Shown piece by piece: positions 49,536 through 59,192 of a DNA stretch of 64,000 nt. Every line of letters begins with the position of its first letter. The stretch's first letter is position 1. The notes below the pieces were generated by a model. That model ran no database searches, had not been told where the DNA came from, and saw nothing but the letters and a program-made list of their open reading frames with translations. Source of the stretch: an uncultured bacterium (GTDB lineage: Bacteria; Omnitrophota; Omnitrophia; Omnitrophales; Aquincolibacteriaceae). The position numbers and the translations under genes were made by a program. The stretch is taken from contig CAYJSI010000006.1 of the NCBI GenBank assembly GCA_964373045.1, positions 878 through 64,877 of the forward strand, given 5' to 3'.

Positions 49536-51019
49536 GAGAGCTTTCCTCCGATCTGAATGAGGAGCGCCTGAACGCTCGGGATCATATAGTGAAGGATGAG
49601 CCTTGGGTAAATGCCGATTCCGAGGATCAGCACCATCAAGGGAACGAGTGTGATGACTTCGCGAGTGTTAATTTCCGGAAGCTCCTTCCATTTCGGATTG
49701 AGCGCTCCCAAGAGGACCTTACGGATCATCGTAAGGAGATAAGCGGCGGCCAGGATAATCCCAATACAAGCAAGCGCCGTCATGAGTTTGTTATATCGAT
49801 ACCCACCCAAGAGAACTAAGAACTCCGAAATAAATCCGCTTAAACCGGGAAGCCCGAGGGAAGCCAGCGAAAAAAAGATCAAGATTCCCGAGTAGGCGGG
49901 CATCTGGGCTCCGACGCCGCCGAAGGCCGCCATGTCGCGCGTATGGGCGCGGTCATAAAGCACGCCCACCAGCAAGAAGAGCCCGCTTGTGATGGTGCCG
50001 TGATTGAACATTTGAAGGAGAGCGCCATTGAAGCCATCCGCATTTAAGGCAGCAAGCCCAAGAAGCACAAATCCCATGTGGCTGACGCTTGAATACGCGA
50101 CCATTTTTTTAAAATCAGTTTGCGCAAGAGCGACAAAACCTCCATAAATAATTCCGATGATGGCGAGGAGGGCCATGTAGGGAGCGAACCAGCGGGTAGC
50201 CTCGGGAAAAAGGGGATAGCTGAAACGAAAAAATCCGTAGGCCCCCATTTTGAGGAGGATGCCTGCTAGAATCACGCTGATCGGGGTGGGGGCCTCGACG
50301 TGAGCATCCGGGAGCCAGGTATGAAAAGGCCAGATCGGGACCTTGATGGCGAATCCGAAGAACATGGCGAGGAAAACAATCTGCTGAAACCGCATCCCAA
50401 ATTTTGCCTGAGTCAGTTCCGGCCAGCTGAAGGTGTGGGGCGTGGAATTGAAATAAAGCGCCAGAATACCGAGAAGCATGAAGAGGCTTCCCGCCAGCGT
50501 ATAAAGGAAGAATTTAATCGCCGCATACTCGCGCCGGGGGCCTCCCCAGATTCCAATGAGAAAATACATGGGAACCAGCACGATTTCCCAGAAAATATAA
50601 AAGAGGAAAAGGTCAAGTGCGAGGAAGGACCCTAACATCCCGGTCTCAAGCAGGAGGTAAAGGAAGTAGTATTCCTTTTCGCGCTCCTTAATCCCAAAGG
50701 AGCTAAGGCAGCCTAAAAAGGAAATCAAGGTCGTGAGTGCGACCATGGGAAAGCTGATCCCGTCCGTTCCGACTAGGTAATACACATTAAGCTGCGGGAT
50801 CCAGAGCGCCTTTTCAACGAACTGAAGACCGCTTAGCGCCGGATCAAACTTGAGGAAGGCAGCAAAAGAGAGGAGGCCCGCTAGAAGCGTGGTTGCGGTG
50901 GCCATCCACTTGACAGCGTGTGTCAGCGATTTTGGCACCAAGAGAATGACAAAAGCCCCGATCAAGGGTGTAAAGATGATCCAAGATAAAAGGTGTGACA
51001 TCATAAGAAAACTCCTCAC
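49532..51019 (-). CDS. nuoM: NADH-quinone oxidoreductase subunit M
   Basis: An antiporter-like subunit carrying WLPDAH. Confidence 0.85.
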   Translation of the reverse strand: MRSFLMMSHLLSWIIFTPLIGAFVILLVPKSLTHAVKWMATATTLLAGLLSFAAFLKFDPALSGLQFVEKALWIPQLNVYYLVGTDGISFPMVALTTLISFLGCLSSFGIKEREKEYYFLYLLLETGMLGSFLALDLFLFYIFWEIVLVPMYFLIGIWGGPRREYAAIKFFLYTLAGSLFMLLGILALYFNSTPHTFSWPELTQAKFGMRFQQIVFLAMFFGFAIKVPIWPFHTWLPDAHVEAPTPISVILAGILLKMGAYGFFRFSYPLFPEATRWFAPYMALLAIIGIIYGGFVALAQTDFKKMVAYSSVSHMGFVLLGLAALNADGFNGALLQMFNHGTITSGLFLLVGVLYDRAHTRDMAAFGGVGAQMPAYSGILIFFSLASLGLPGLSGFISEFLVLLGGYRYNKLMTALACIGIILAAAYLLTMIRKVLLGALNPKWKELPEINTREVITLVPLMVLILGIGIYPRLILHYMIPSVQALLIQIGGKLS

Positions 51020-51028
51020 TTTGCTAGA

Positions 51029-52993
51029 TTAAGGTCGAAGCTCAAAAAACATGAGCGCTAAGATCCCAAAGAAGACGATCAAAAGATAATGCTGCACGAG
51101 CCCGGTTTGAAAACGTCTCAGAAGGGCGCTCGTCCACTGCGTGAAATAGCCCACGAAATTAACGAGGCCATCCACGATATGTTGATCAATCCAGTGCTGG
51201 AGGTCGCTTACCTTCACCGTTCCAATGCCCGTGGCGTTTACGAGCCCGTCAATGACCACCTGATCAAAGCGGAAAAGAAATTCCCCCAATCGCTGAAAGG
51301 GACGAATGATCAGGGCCGAATAAATTTCATCAAACCAGAACTTGTTTCGAGAAAGTTGGTAAAGAGGTTGAAAGGTGCGAGCGGCGGCCTCGGCCCAGCT
51401 TAGGTTTTTAAGGTAGATCAAGGCCGCAAGCAGGATTCCGCCGACACTCGCCGCAATGGAAGAGCCCATGACGAACCAGTTGATCGTGTGTTCGGCGGCC
51501 TCATGATGGCTGCCATGAATAAAACCCTGAAACCAGTGATGCATCCAGGGCGATCCTGGAATTCCAATGAAAAGTGAGCCAGTGGCAAGGATCCAGAGCG
51601 GCCATGTCATGAGGGCGGGTGACTCGTGGGCATGAATCTTGTGATTGCGGGTTTCGCCAAAAAAGGTAAGAAAGACAAGACGGAACATATAAAAGGCCGT
51701 CATAAAAGCAGTGAGCAGCAGCAAGCCCAAAATAAACCTATTTCCGGAGTCGTAGGCTGCGAGCAGGATCTCGTCCTTACTCCAGAATCCCGAAAGGGGA
51801 GGAACGCCTGCGATGGCCAGCGAGGCGATGACAAACGTTGTCGCCGTGTGTTTCATTTTTCCGAAAAGGCCGCCCATCTCGCGAATATCCTGAGTGTGTG
51901 TGCCGTGGATTACGCTTCCGGCCCCAAGGAAGAGGAGGGCCTTAAAAAAGGCATGCGTCATCAAATGAAACGTGCCGGCGCCCATGCCGTTCAGGCCCAT
52001 AGCGGTAACCATATATCCCAGTTGTGAAATCGTGGAGTAGGCCAGAATTTTTTTGATATCCGTAGCAGTAAGCGCGATGAAGGCTGCCATAAAAGCTGTG
52101 ATAAGTCCGATGACCGTTACGACAGAGAGAACAGCGGGGAAGGCGGCAAAAAGAACAAACGAGCGCGCCACAAGATAAACGCCTGCGGCAACCATGGTCG
52201 CGGCGTGAATAAGTGCGCTTACTGGGGTGGGACCTTCCATCGCATCCGGAAGCCAGACGTGAAGAGGAAATTGCGCCGATTTTCCAATCGTTCCGCAGAA
52301 AATAAGGAGAGCGGCAAGGGGAAGGAGGGGCAGGCCTTGTGCCTGCCCATGTTCCGAAAGGGCGCCCCCAAGGGACGCCCCTACAACATGTTCAAGATCC
52401 GCAAAATTCAGCGTGCCAGCCGCCACATACAAAGTCAGGATGCCAAGGAAAAATCCCACATCACCCACGCGGGTTGTAAGAAACGCCTTCCGTCCAGCAT
52501 TGGCCGCCGAATCCTTCTCGAACCAAAAACCGATCAGAAGATACGAGCAAAGGCCCATGATTTCCCAGGCAATGAAGAAAAGGAGATAGTTATTGGCGAT
52601 CACAAGGGCCAGCATCGCCGCCATAAATAACGAAACATAAGCGAAGAACCGCGAAAAACGCGGGTCTTCACGCATATAACCTGCCGAGTAAATCTGAATC
52701 AGGGTTCCGACGATTGTGACCACGAAAAGAAGGGTGGCTGAAAGAGGGTCGAGAAGATAGCCGAATTTTAAACCTGCATTTCCAAGCCAGAGCCAAACAA
52801 TTTCTTTGGAGAAAGTTCCACCCTGTGCCACCTGCCAGGCGGCAGGCAAAGCGACGGCACAGGAAAGGAGACTTGAAAAAATTGAAATGCCGGCCGCGCC
52901 ACGGCGCACCTGGCGGCCAAAAAGGATATTGATCACAAAAGCAATCAAGGGAAAAACAGGAATGAGATACGCGTATTCAGTCATGGTTACCAT
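51029..52993 (-). CDS. nuoL: NADH-quinone oxidoreductase subunit L
   Basis: A 654-aa antiporter-like subunit with a long C-terminal lateral helix, carrying WLPDAMEGPTPVSALIHAATMV. Confidence 0.85.
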   Translation of the reverse strand: MVTMTEYAYLIPVFPLIAFVINILFGRQVRRGAAGISIFSSLLSCAVALPAAWQVAQGGTFSKEIVWLWLGNAGLKFGYLLDPLSATLLFVVTIVGTLIQIYSAGYMREDPRFSRFFAYVSLFMAAMLALVIANNYLLFFIAWEIMGLCSYLLIGFWFEKDSAANAGRKAFLTTRVGDVGFFLGILTLYVAAGTLNFADLEHVVGASLGGALSEHGQAQGLPLLPLAALLIFCGTIGKSAQFPLHVWLPDAMEGPTPVSALIHAATMVAAGVYLVARSFVLFAAFPAVLSVVTVIGLITAFMAAFIALTATDIKKILAYSTISQLGYMVTAMGLNGMGAGTFHLMTHAFFKALLFLGAGSVIHGTHTQDIREMGGLFGKMKHTATTFVIASLAIAGVPPLSGFWSKDEILLAAYDSGNRFILGLLLLTAFMTAFYMFRLVFLTFFGETRNHKIHAHESPALMTWPLWILATGSLFIGIPGSPWMHHWFQGFIHGSHHEAAEHTINWFVMGSSIAASVGGILLAALIYLKNLSWAEAAARTFQPLYQLSRNKFWFDEIYSALIIRPFQRLGEFLFRFDQVVIDGLVNATGIGTVKVSDLQHWIDQHIVDGLVNFVGYFTQWTSALLRRFQTGLVQHYLLIVFFGILALMFFELRP

Positions 52994-53298
52994 TTCAAGA
53001 GGTTGATTTCATCGGCCATCACGGTTTTTCTCACGCGATAAAGGGCGAGCACAATGGCGAGGCCCACGGCCGCGGCCGCGGCGGCAAGTGAGATCACAAA
53101 AATAGCAAAAATTTGCCCTGTCTCGGGGCTAAGCGACGTGGTGCGTGAAAAGGCCACCAGGTTGACGTTAACCGCGTTCAACATAATTTCAATGGAAAGA
53201 AGAATTCCGATAATGTTGCGCCGCACAAGGGCCCCATAGATGCCGATGGCAAACAAAATGGCTGCAAAGGTCAAGAGGTGGGAAAGCGGGACGATCAT
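52987..53298 (-). CDS. nuoK: NADH-quinone oxidoreductase subunit K
   Basis: A ~100-aa protein with three TM helices. Confidence 0.85.
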   Translation of the reverse strand: MIVPLSHLLTFAAILFAIGIYGALVRRNIIGILLSIEIMLNAVNVNLVAFSRTTSLSPETGQIFAIFVISLAAAAAAVGLAIVLALYRVRKTVMADEINLLKW

Positions 53299-53810
53299 AA
53301 GGCTTTGTCTCTTTTGGCCATGAGGATGGCTCCGATCAAGGCGGCAATAAGAACCACCGAGATGACTTCAAAAGGAAAAACGTATTTTCCCATCAGGGCA
53401 TTGCCAAGGTCACGGACAGAAAGCTTGGCAATAAGGGTTTCAGGGTTCATGGGCCAGGACGTCCTCTGAATGAGGCCGGTGAGGGCAACGGCCAGGGCGA
53501 TCGTTCCTCCAAAGGCAGGCAATTCGAGCTGGTTGTGATGGCGAACCCCTTTGTCTCCAAAACGCTCGGTCAGCATGACGGCAAAAATGACGAGCGTCAT
53601 GACGGCTCCTACATAAAGTAAAATTTGAACAACCGCCAGGAACTCTGCCCGAAGTGCAAGATAGATGCCCGCGATTCCAAGCAAAACAGCGGCCAGTGAC
53701 AGGGCCGCATGAAAGAGGTTGCGAAAGGTCACAACCCCGATGGCTGCGATCACAGAGACACCCATCACCGCGTAAAGTCCTATTTTGACAAGGAGGTTGA
53801 GTGTGTCCAT
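53295..53810 (-). CDS. nuoJ: NADH-quinone oxidoreductase subunit J
   Basis: A ~170-aa TM protein in the conserved position. Confidence 0.8.
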   Translation of the reverse strand: MDTLNLLVKIGLYAVMGVSVIAAIGVVTFRNLFHAALSLAAVLLGIAGIYLALRAEFLAVVQILLYVGAVMTLVIFAVMLTERFGDKGVRHHNQLELPAFGGTIALAVALTGLIQRTSWPMNPETLIAKLSVRDLGNALMGKYVFPFEVISVVLIAALIGAILMAKRDKAL

Positions 53811-54976
53811 TATTCTGCGAACTGATACACGCGTTTTTCCGGCATGTAAACTTTATTGAGTTTCATCAGGATCCAAAACGTGACACTTAATATCGCGATC
53901 GAACCCACGATTCTTAAAGGCCGATTGGCAAAGTACCAAAATCCGGCCACAAAAATATTCATGAGAGTCAAAGGAAGCAGGAATTTCCAGGCAAGACCCA
54001 TGAGCTGATCCACGCGAAAGCGCGGCAGCGTGCCCCGGAACCAGATCATGACGAAAATGAGGGCGTACGTTTTAAGGAAAAACCAGAGCCAGGAAGGAAG
54101 CAGGGGGCCCTGCCAGCCGCCAAGAAAAAGCGTTGCCGTCAGTCCTGAAATGGTAAAAGCATTCATAAACTCTGCCATATAAAAAAGGGCAAATTTCATA
54201 CCGCTATACTCGGTGTGAAAGCCGGCCACGATTTCAGATTCGGCTTCAGGTAAATCAAAAGGAGAGCGGTTGCATTCCGCGACGCCGCAGAGAAAGAAAA
54301 TAATAAACGCCAAAAATCCCCAGGGAGTGAAGACGAACCATTTCAAACCATGCCAGCCTTCTTGCGCCTCCACGATATCGACGGTGGAAAGGCTTCCCGT
54401 CATCAAGATGACGGGGACCACAGAAAGCACCATCGGGACTTCGTAGGAAATTATCTGGGCGACCGAGCGCATCCCTCCCAAGAGAGAGAATTTATTGCGG
54501 GACCCCCAGCTTGCCATGAAGATGGCGATCGTGGTGGTCGAAGATACCGCAATAAAGAAAAGCAGGCCGACATTCAAATCAACGGCTGTCATCCCGCGCC
54601 CGAAAGGGATCACGGCAAAGACGAGGAGCGCCGGAATGACAATCAGGACCGGGGCCAGGAAGTGAACCACAGGGTCCGCCTGCAGGGGAACGATATCCTC
54701 TTTGGTGAGCATCTTGATCCCGTCGGCAAACGGCTGAAGAAGCCCCCACTTTCCTACGCGGTTCGGGCCAATCCGGTTTTGCATACGGCCCACGACTTTG
54801 CGTTCAAGGAGTGTTAAGTACATCATGGTGACGGGGCCCAAGATGGCGATGGCCACAATGCTGACTTTGATGGAAAGCAGCACAAGCACCCAGTCGGGAA
54901 GAAGAGGCGAGGCGAGGTTGATGATGGATTGTTTTATTTGTACAAAAATTTGATCCATTATTTCGTTCTCTGTCAT
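53810..54976 (-). CDS. nuoH: NADH-quinone oxidoreductase subunit H
   Basis: LERKVVGRMQNRIGPNRVG is the NuoH/ND1 signature. Confidence 0.85.
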   Translation of the reverse strand: MTENEIMDQIFVQIKQSIINLASPLLPDWVLVLLSIKVSIVAIAILGPVTMMYLTLLERKVVGRMQNRIGPNRVGKWGLLQPFADGIKMLTKEDIVPLQADPVVHFLAPVLIVIPALLVFAVIPFGRGMTAVDLNVGLLFFIAVSSTTTIAIFMASWGSRNKFSLLGGMRSVAQIISYEVPMVLSVVPVILMTGSLSTVDIVEAQEGWHGLKWFVFTPWGFLAFIIFFLCGVAECNRSPFDLPEAESEIVAGFHTEYSGMKFALFYMAEFMNAFTISGLTATLFLGGWQGPLLPSWLWFFLKTYALIFVMIWFRGTLPRFRVDQLMGLAWKFLLPLTLMNIFVAGFWYFANRPLRIVGSIAILSVTFWILMKLNKVYMPEKRVYQFAE

Positions 54977-55004
54977 CCCCTCATGCCTGCCCGCCGAAAT
55001 CGTC

Positions 55005-55032
55005 GTAGGGGCACGGCGCGCCGTGCCCCTAC
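55005..55032. repeat. Perfect 28-bp palindrome GTAGGGGCACGGCGCGCCGTGCCCCTAC in the nuoI-nuoH intergenic spacer
   Basis: A self-complementary 28-mer. The same core recurs at 62272-62299 (GTAATGG variant) and 62895-62922 (one mismatch). It is followed by ATCAG as at 16334. Confidence 0.8.
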
Positions 55033-55063
55033 ATCAGGTTTGCAGGCGCCCGGCACCCTGGGA

Positions 55064-55660
55064 TTATGTTGTTGGTGTTGTGGGTGGCGCTTGCGCCGCC
55101 TTTGCTTTGGCAGCCGCTTCAGCCGCCTTCTTTTTTTCTTCCGCCTCACGCCGTCTTTGGTCAATCGCCTGGGCATCGGTTGGGCGGATCTTATTAAAAT
55201 GCTCGTTTGATTTTAAAAGATCCTCTTTGTGGTACAGCAGACGACTCTGGCGATCGGCGCCCGCGATCTCAAATTCATGGTCCATGAAGATGGCATCAAA
55301 GGGGCACGTCTCCTCACAGATGCCGCAGTTCATGCAAACCGTAAAATCAATATCAAAGGTCGCGGGCCGCTTCAGAGGTTTTCCGTCCTTATCGAATTCG
55401 CGGACGATATAAATACACTTGGGCGGGCATTCCTTGGCGCAGATGTCGCAGGCGACGCAGCGCAGATTGTCCGGCGTGTTGTCGTACAGAAGGAAAGGGA
55501 AATTGCGGAAATTTTCTTTCACAGGAAGGCATTTTTCCGGGTACTCGGTGGTAAAAAGGCCTCCCTCCTCGGGGCCCCTGAAATAAGAGGCCACAAAGCT
55601 TTTTAAAGTCACGAACATTCCCTTCAGAATCCCAGTTCCGAATATCATTTCAACTCCCAA
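55064..55660 (-). CDS. nuoI: NADH-quinone oxidoreductase subunit I (2x[4Fe-4S]) with an Ala/Lys/Glu-rich C-terminal tail
   Basis: CVACDICAKECP and CMNCGICEETCP are the two Fe-S cluster motifs. The tail reads EAEEKKKAAEAAAKAKAAQAPPTTPTT. Confidence 0.8.
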   Translation of the reverse strand: MGVEMIFGTGILKGMFVTLKSFVASYFRGPEEGGLFTTEYPEKCLPVKENFRNFPFLLYDNTPDNLRCVACDICAKECPPKCIYIVREFDKDGKPLKRPATFDIDFTVCMNCGICEETCPFDAIFMDHEFEIAGADRQSRLLYHKEDLLKSNEHFNKIRPTDAQAIDQRRREAEEKKKAAEAAAKAKAAQAPPTTPTT

Positions 55661-55663
55661 TGT

Positions 55664-56854
55664 TTAATGATCCACTTCACCTAGAACGATGTCCACGGAA
55701 CCCAAGATAATGATGGCGTCCGCGACTTTGTGGCCTAGGCATAAATCTTCAAGGATCGTCAAATTAATAAAAGAAGGGGCGCGCACGTGATAGCGCCACG
55801 GCTGAGGAGTGCCATCCGAAACCACATAAAATCCCAGCTCGCCCTTGGGGGCCTCGACGCGTCCGTAGGCCTCCCCGACAGGGGGCTTGAAATTGCGCGG
55901 GGCCTTCAGGAAGAGGACCATTTTTTTGCTTACGACTTCGCCCGCCGGGATATCCTTTAAGGCCTGCTCCAGAATTTTGATGCTCTCACGCATCTCAAGG
56001 ATGCGGACGTAGTAGCGATCATAGACATCGCCTTTTTCTCCCAGCGGAATGCGGAATTTAAAACGTTCATAAATCGAATACTTGTCCACCTTGCGGATAT
56101 CGTAATCCACGCCCGAGGCGCGAAGCATCGGGCCCGTAATGCTGGCGCTGATCGCAAGCTCGCGGGGAAGGACACCCACATTTTGACAGCGCATGCAGAG
56201 GATTTCATTTTGCGTAAGCAGCGTTTCAAATTCGTCGAGGAATTTGGGAAATTTCCGGACAATTTCCTTTATCTGGTCTATCACGACAGGGGTCAGGTCG
56301 CGCTTGACACCGCCAAAACGGAGGTAATTACACATCATCCTGGCGCCGGAGACTTCTTCAAAGATATCAAGGATTTTCTCGCGCTCCCGGAAGGCGTAAA
56401 GCACGGGGGTAAAGAAAGCGCCGAGGTCGTTCAAAAGAAAGCCGATGGCGGAGACGTGATTGACGAGGCGCGTGAGCTCGGCCATGATGACGCGGATATA
56501 TTCGGCCCGCTCCGGGATCGTGATCCCTGCGAGCTTTTCCACCGCAAGCGCGTACGCAAGGTTATTCGACATGGAGTTAAAATAGTCGAGGCGGTCGGTG
56601 TATGGCATGGAGGCCGTGTAAGAAATATTTTCCGCAATCTGCTCGTGGTTGCGGTGGAGGTACCCCATGACGGGCTTCAAAGAGACAATGGTTTCACCAT
56701 CCAGCACCACGTTCATCCGGAAAACCCCGTGAGTCGAGGGATGCTGAGGCCCGATATTGACCTCAAGCGTCTGGGTATCCATCGTATTGGTATCGGTGAG
56801 GGTAAATGTCTTTTCCATTTTACTCTTCTTGGCCGGATTTCTGAGCGATGGCAC
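55664..56854 (-). CDS. nuoD: NADH-quinone oxidoreductase subunit D (49-kDa)
   Basis: [12 protein letters not shown] is the NuoD signature. The true start is probably the internal MEKTF, which overlaps the nuoC stop. Confidence 0.85.
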   Translation of the reverse strand: MPSLRNPAKKSKMEKTFTLTDTNTMDTQTLEVNIGPQHPSTHGVFRMNVVLDGETIVSLKPVMGYLHRNHEQIAENISYTASMPYTDRLDYFNSMSNNLAYALAVEKLAGITIPERAEYIRVIMAELTRLVNHVSAIGFLLNDLGAFFTPVLYAFREREKILDIFEEVSGARMMCNYLRFGGVKRDLTPVVIDQIKEIVRKFPKFLDEFETLLTQNEILCMRCQNVGVLPRELAISASITGPMLRASGVDYDIRKVDKYSIYERFKFRIPLGEKGDVYDRYYVRILEMRESIKILEQALKDIPAGEVVSKKMVLFLKAPRNFKPPVGEAYGRVEAPKGELGFYVVSDGTPQPWRYHVRAPSFINLTILEDLCLGHKVADAIIILGSVDIVLGEVDH

Positions 56855-57395
56855 GCTTACCTTGTTTCTTTAGCTCTTCCGCTATTTTCCGCATGTCTTC
56901 CGGGATGCTTACACCGTGCTTTTCAAGCCACTCGACATCGTCTGTCTCAAGGGTCTCGGAATCTTCCTGCTGGTAGTCTTTGCGCAGGGGGAATCCTTCA
57001 AATCCTTCCCACATAAAAATGCGCCTTAAATCAGGATGTCCTTCGAAGAGGATGCCGTACATATCATAAGTTTCGCGCTCCTGAAACTCGGCGCCGCGAT
57101 AAAGGGGGACAAGCGAGGGGATTTTAGGATTTTCGCGGCTTACGCGAACACGCAGGACGAACGGCCCCGTTTTTTTTGCCATCGAATAAAAATGATAAAC
57201 CACTTCCAGGTATTGCAGGTAATCGGCGCCTGTCAGAGAGGAGAGGTAATCGAATTTTACATCGGATCCTTTCAGGAATTGGGCGATTTTCAGTAAATCA
57301 GAAGGTTTTTCAACGAGAATGGAATCGCGCACAAGTTTGAGGGCGGTGCCCGGGAGGGCCGATTCAATTTTTGATTTTATTTCGTCTGTTTTCAT
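56820..57395 (-). CDS. nuoC: NADH-quinone oxidoreductase subunit C (30-kDa)
   Basis: [21 protein letters not shown] is the NuoC signature. A C-terminal extension is present. Confidence 0.8.
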   Translation of the reverse strand: MKTDEIKSKIESALPGTALKLVRDSILVEKPSDLLKIAQFLKGSDVKFDYLSSLTGADYLQYLEVVYHFYSMAKKTGPFVLRVRVSRENPKIPSLVPLYRGAEFQERETYDMYGILFEGHPDLRRIFMWEGFEGFPLRKDYQQEDSETLETDDVEWLEKHGVSIPEDMRKIAEELKKQGKRAIAQKSGQEE

Positions 57396-57405
57396 TTTAT
57401 CTGGG

Positions 57406-57491
57406 ATTGCTTCGCGCCGTCTATCGCGGGGCTCGCAATGATGTTAAGTAGGCGCTGTCATTGCGAGGAGGCATAGCCCGACGAAGCAATC
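57406..57491. promoter_or_regulatory. Nested inverted-repeat structure in the nuoC-nuoB intergenic spacer (GATTGCTTCG...CGAAGCAATC outer; CTCGCAATGA...TCATTGCGAG inner)
   Basis: Two perfect 10-bp inverted repeat pairs are nested within a ~100-nt spacer inside the operon. This would form a long bulged hairpin in the polycistronic RNA. Confidence 0.5.
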
Positions 57492-57495
57492 TCGG

Positions 57496-58218
57496 TTATA
57501 TCGGTTTCGGTACGGGCGCTGCTACTACAACATCTAAATTCGGGGCCTTGTCTTTTTTTCCGAGCAAGATGGGTTCGCCGTAGCGCTCTTTGCGGTGATC
57601 CACTTCCCGCGGGCGCCAGACCTCAGGGTTAAATTTGGGAATGAGGCCGTGAGGACCCAGCTCCGGAACCGGGTATTCGCGTTTGAGCCCCTTCTGGTAC
57701 CACTCGTTTTTTTCAATTTCTTGGCCGTCAATTTTTCGCTGAAGTTCCATGAGCCCGTAGAGCAGGGCCTCGGGGCGCGGTGGGCAGCCTGGAAGATGAA
57801 CATCAATCGGAAGATAACGATCAAGACCCCGAAGCACATTGTACCCATCAATGAAAGGTCCGCCCGAAATCGAGCAGGCGCCCATGGTGATGATGTATTT
57901 GGGTTCGGCCATCTGGTTATAAAGCCGCACCACTTGAGGAGCCATCTTTTTTGTCACGGTGCCGGCCACAATCATGAGATCGGCCTGGCGGGGAGAGGGG
58001 CGGAAAAGCTCGGCGCCGAAGCGCGCAATATCGTAACGCGCACAGGCGGCGGCGATCATTTCAATGGCGCAGCAGGCGAGTCCAAACTGCATCGGCCAGA
58101 TGGAGGAGCGCCGGCCCCAATTGTAGAGGTCGTTCATGGTGGTAACGACCACGCCCTTTTTGGCAAGCTCGCTTTTCAATCCTTCATCGACAGCCGAAAC
58201 GTTCTTGCTTAAACCCAT
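57496..58218 (-). CDS. nuoB: NADH-quinone oxidoreductase subunit B (20-kDa, N2 cluster) with a ~75-aa C-terminal extension
   Basis: [18 protein letters not shown] and LPGCPPRPE are the NuoB signatures. Confidence 0.85.
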   Translation of the reverse strand: MGLSKNVSAVDEGLKSELAKKGVVVTTMNDLYNWGRRSSIWPMQFGLACCAIEMIAAACARYDIARFGAELFRPSPRQADLMIVAGTVTKKMAPQVVRLYNQMAEPKYIITMGACSISGGPFIDGYNVLRGLDRYLPIDVHLPGCPPRPEALLYGLMELQRKIDGQEIEKNEWYQKGLKREYPVPELGPHGLIPKFNPEVWRPREVDHRKERYGEPILLGKKDKAPNLDVVVAAPVPKPI

Positions 58219-58228
58219 GATGAAATCC

Positions 58229-58600
58229 TCAGTCCCATTCCAAGACTTTTTTTTGCCAGGCGTAGAGGAGCCCCACGGCCAGGATGGCGATGAAAAGGAT
58301 CATCTCCACAAAGGCAAAAAGTCCAAGCTGCTTAAAGGAAACCGCCCAGGGGTAGATAAAGATAGTTTCCACATCAAAAATGACAAAAATGAGGGCATAA
58401 ATGTAATATTGCGCCCGAAATTGGATCCAAGAGTCGCCCTCGGCCTCCAGGCCGCATTCATAGCTTGCGTTTTTAATGCTCGAAGGCTTTTTGGGGGCAA
58501 CAAACTTAGCCAGGATAATCGGCAAGAGAGGAAAAACGAGCCCAAAGAGGACAAAGATCCCGATAAAAAGGTAGTGATAAAAATAAGAATCCGTGGTCAT
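58229..58600 (-). CDS. nuoA: NADH-quinone oxidoreductase subunit A
   Basis: A ~120-aa protein with three TM helices, first in the nuo order. Confidence 0.8.
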   Translation of the reverse strand: MTTDSYFYHYLFIGIFVLFGLVFPLLPIILAKFVAPKKPSSIKNASYECGLEAEGDSWIQFRAQYYIYALIFVIFDVETIFIYPWAVSFKQLGLFAFVEMILFIAILAVGLLYAWQKKVLEWD

Positions 58601-58609
58601 GAGGGGGTC

Positions 58610-58637
58610 ATTATAAAGGGATTGATCGAAAAGTCAA
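58610..58637 (-). promoter_or_regulatory. Putative nuo operon promoter (minus strand TTGACT-16-TATAAT) ending ~9 nt before the nuoA ATG
   Basis: The reverse complement reads ttgacttttcgatcaatccctttataatgaccccctcATG. This is a near-consensus promoter with no room for a conventional 5' UTR. Confidence 0.4.
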
Positions 58638-58663
58638 CGCGTGCAAATAAGCTTAGAGTTGTA

Positions 58664-58691
58664 TTGATTGGATCCTGAGTCATCGCTACAA
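58664..58691 (+). promoter_or_regulatory. Putative divergent promoter TTGATT-16-TACAAT for the NUDIX gene
   Basis: The hexamers lie in the AT-rich divergent region shared with nuoA. Confidence 0.3.
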
Positions 58692-58787
58692 TGGGGCGCG
58701 AGAAAAACCAAAAACAAAAGGACAAAAGGCGCCAGGCACCGACGGTGTCTGGCAGCATGACTATTCGCATCACGAAAAGGAATCATC

Positions 58788-59192
58788 ATGATCATCGAGG
58801 TGGGTTGCGCCATTATCGGAAAAGAAGGCAAGCTCTTGATTGCGCAGCGAAAGCCGGCCGACCATCTAGGCGGCTATTGGGAATTTCCGGGAGGAAAACG
58901 TGAAGCCAATGAAACGATGGAGCAATGTCTTAAGCGCGAGGTCCTGGAAGAACTCGGAGTTTTGATCCGGCCGCGGCAGTTCATCCGCCGGAGAGATTGC
59001 GAATACCCGGCGCGCAAAATCTCCCTTCATTTCTATTTCTGCGACTGGGTCAAAGGAGAACCAGAGCGCCTTGATTGCCTCGATTTTAGGTGGGTGACGC
59101 CGGAAGAGTTGCGAAATTTTAGGTTCCCGCCGGCCGATGATGAGATGATTGATGAGTTGATTCGAAAAAAGGAAGCGTATTTTGGTTTTTAA
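58788..59192 (+). CDS. NUDIX hydrolase (MutT-like)
   Basis: The Nudix box is GGKREANETMEQCLKREVLEELGV. Confidence 0.7.
   Translation: MIIEVGCAIIGKEGKLLIAQRKPADHLGGYWEFPGGKREANETMEQCLKREVLEELGVLIRPRQFIRRRDCEYPARKISLHFYFCDWVKGEPERLDCLDFRWVTPEELRNFRFPPADDEMIDELIRKKEAYFGF

Noticed and set aside
48111-58600. Numerous antisense or alternative-frame ORFs (60-170 aa) predicted inside the nuo genes, the LPS genes and pyrG, such as 50300-50635, 51626-52027 and 54350-54817.
   Set aside because: They are embedded in strongly supported conserved genes on the opposite strand or in another frame. They lack RBSs and have low-complexity or biased composition, so they are GC-skew artefacts.
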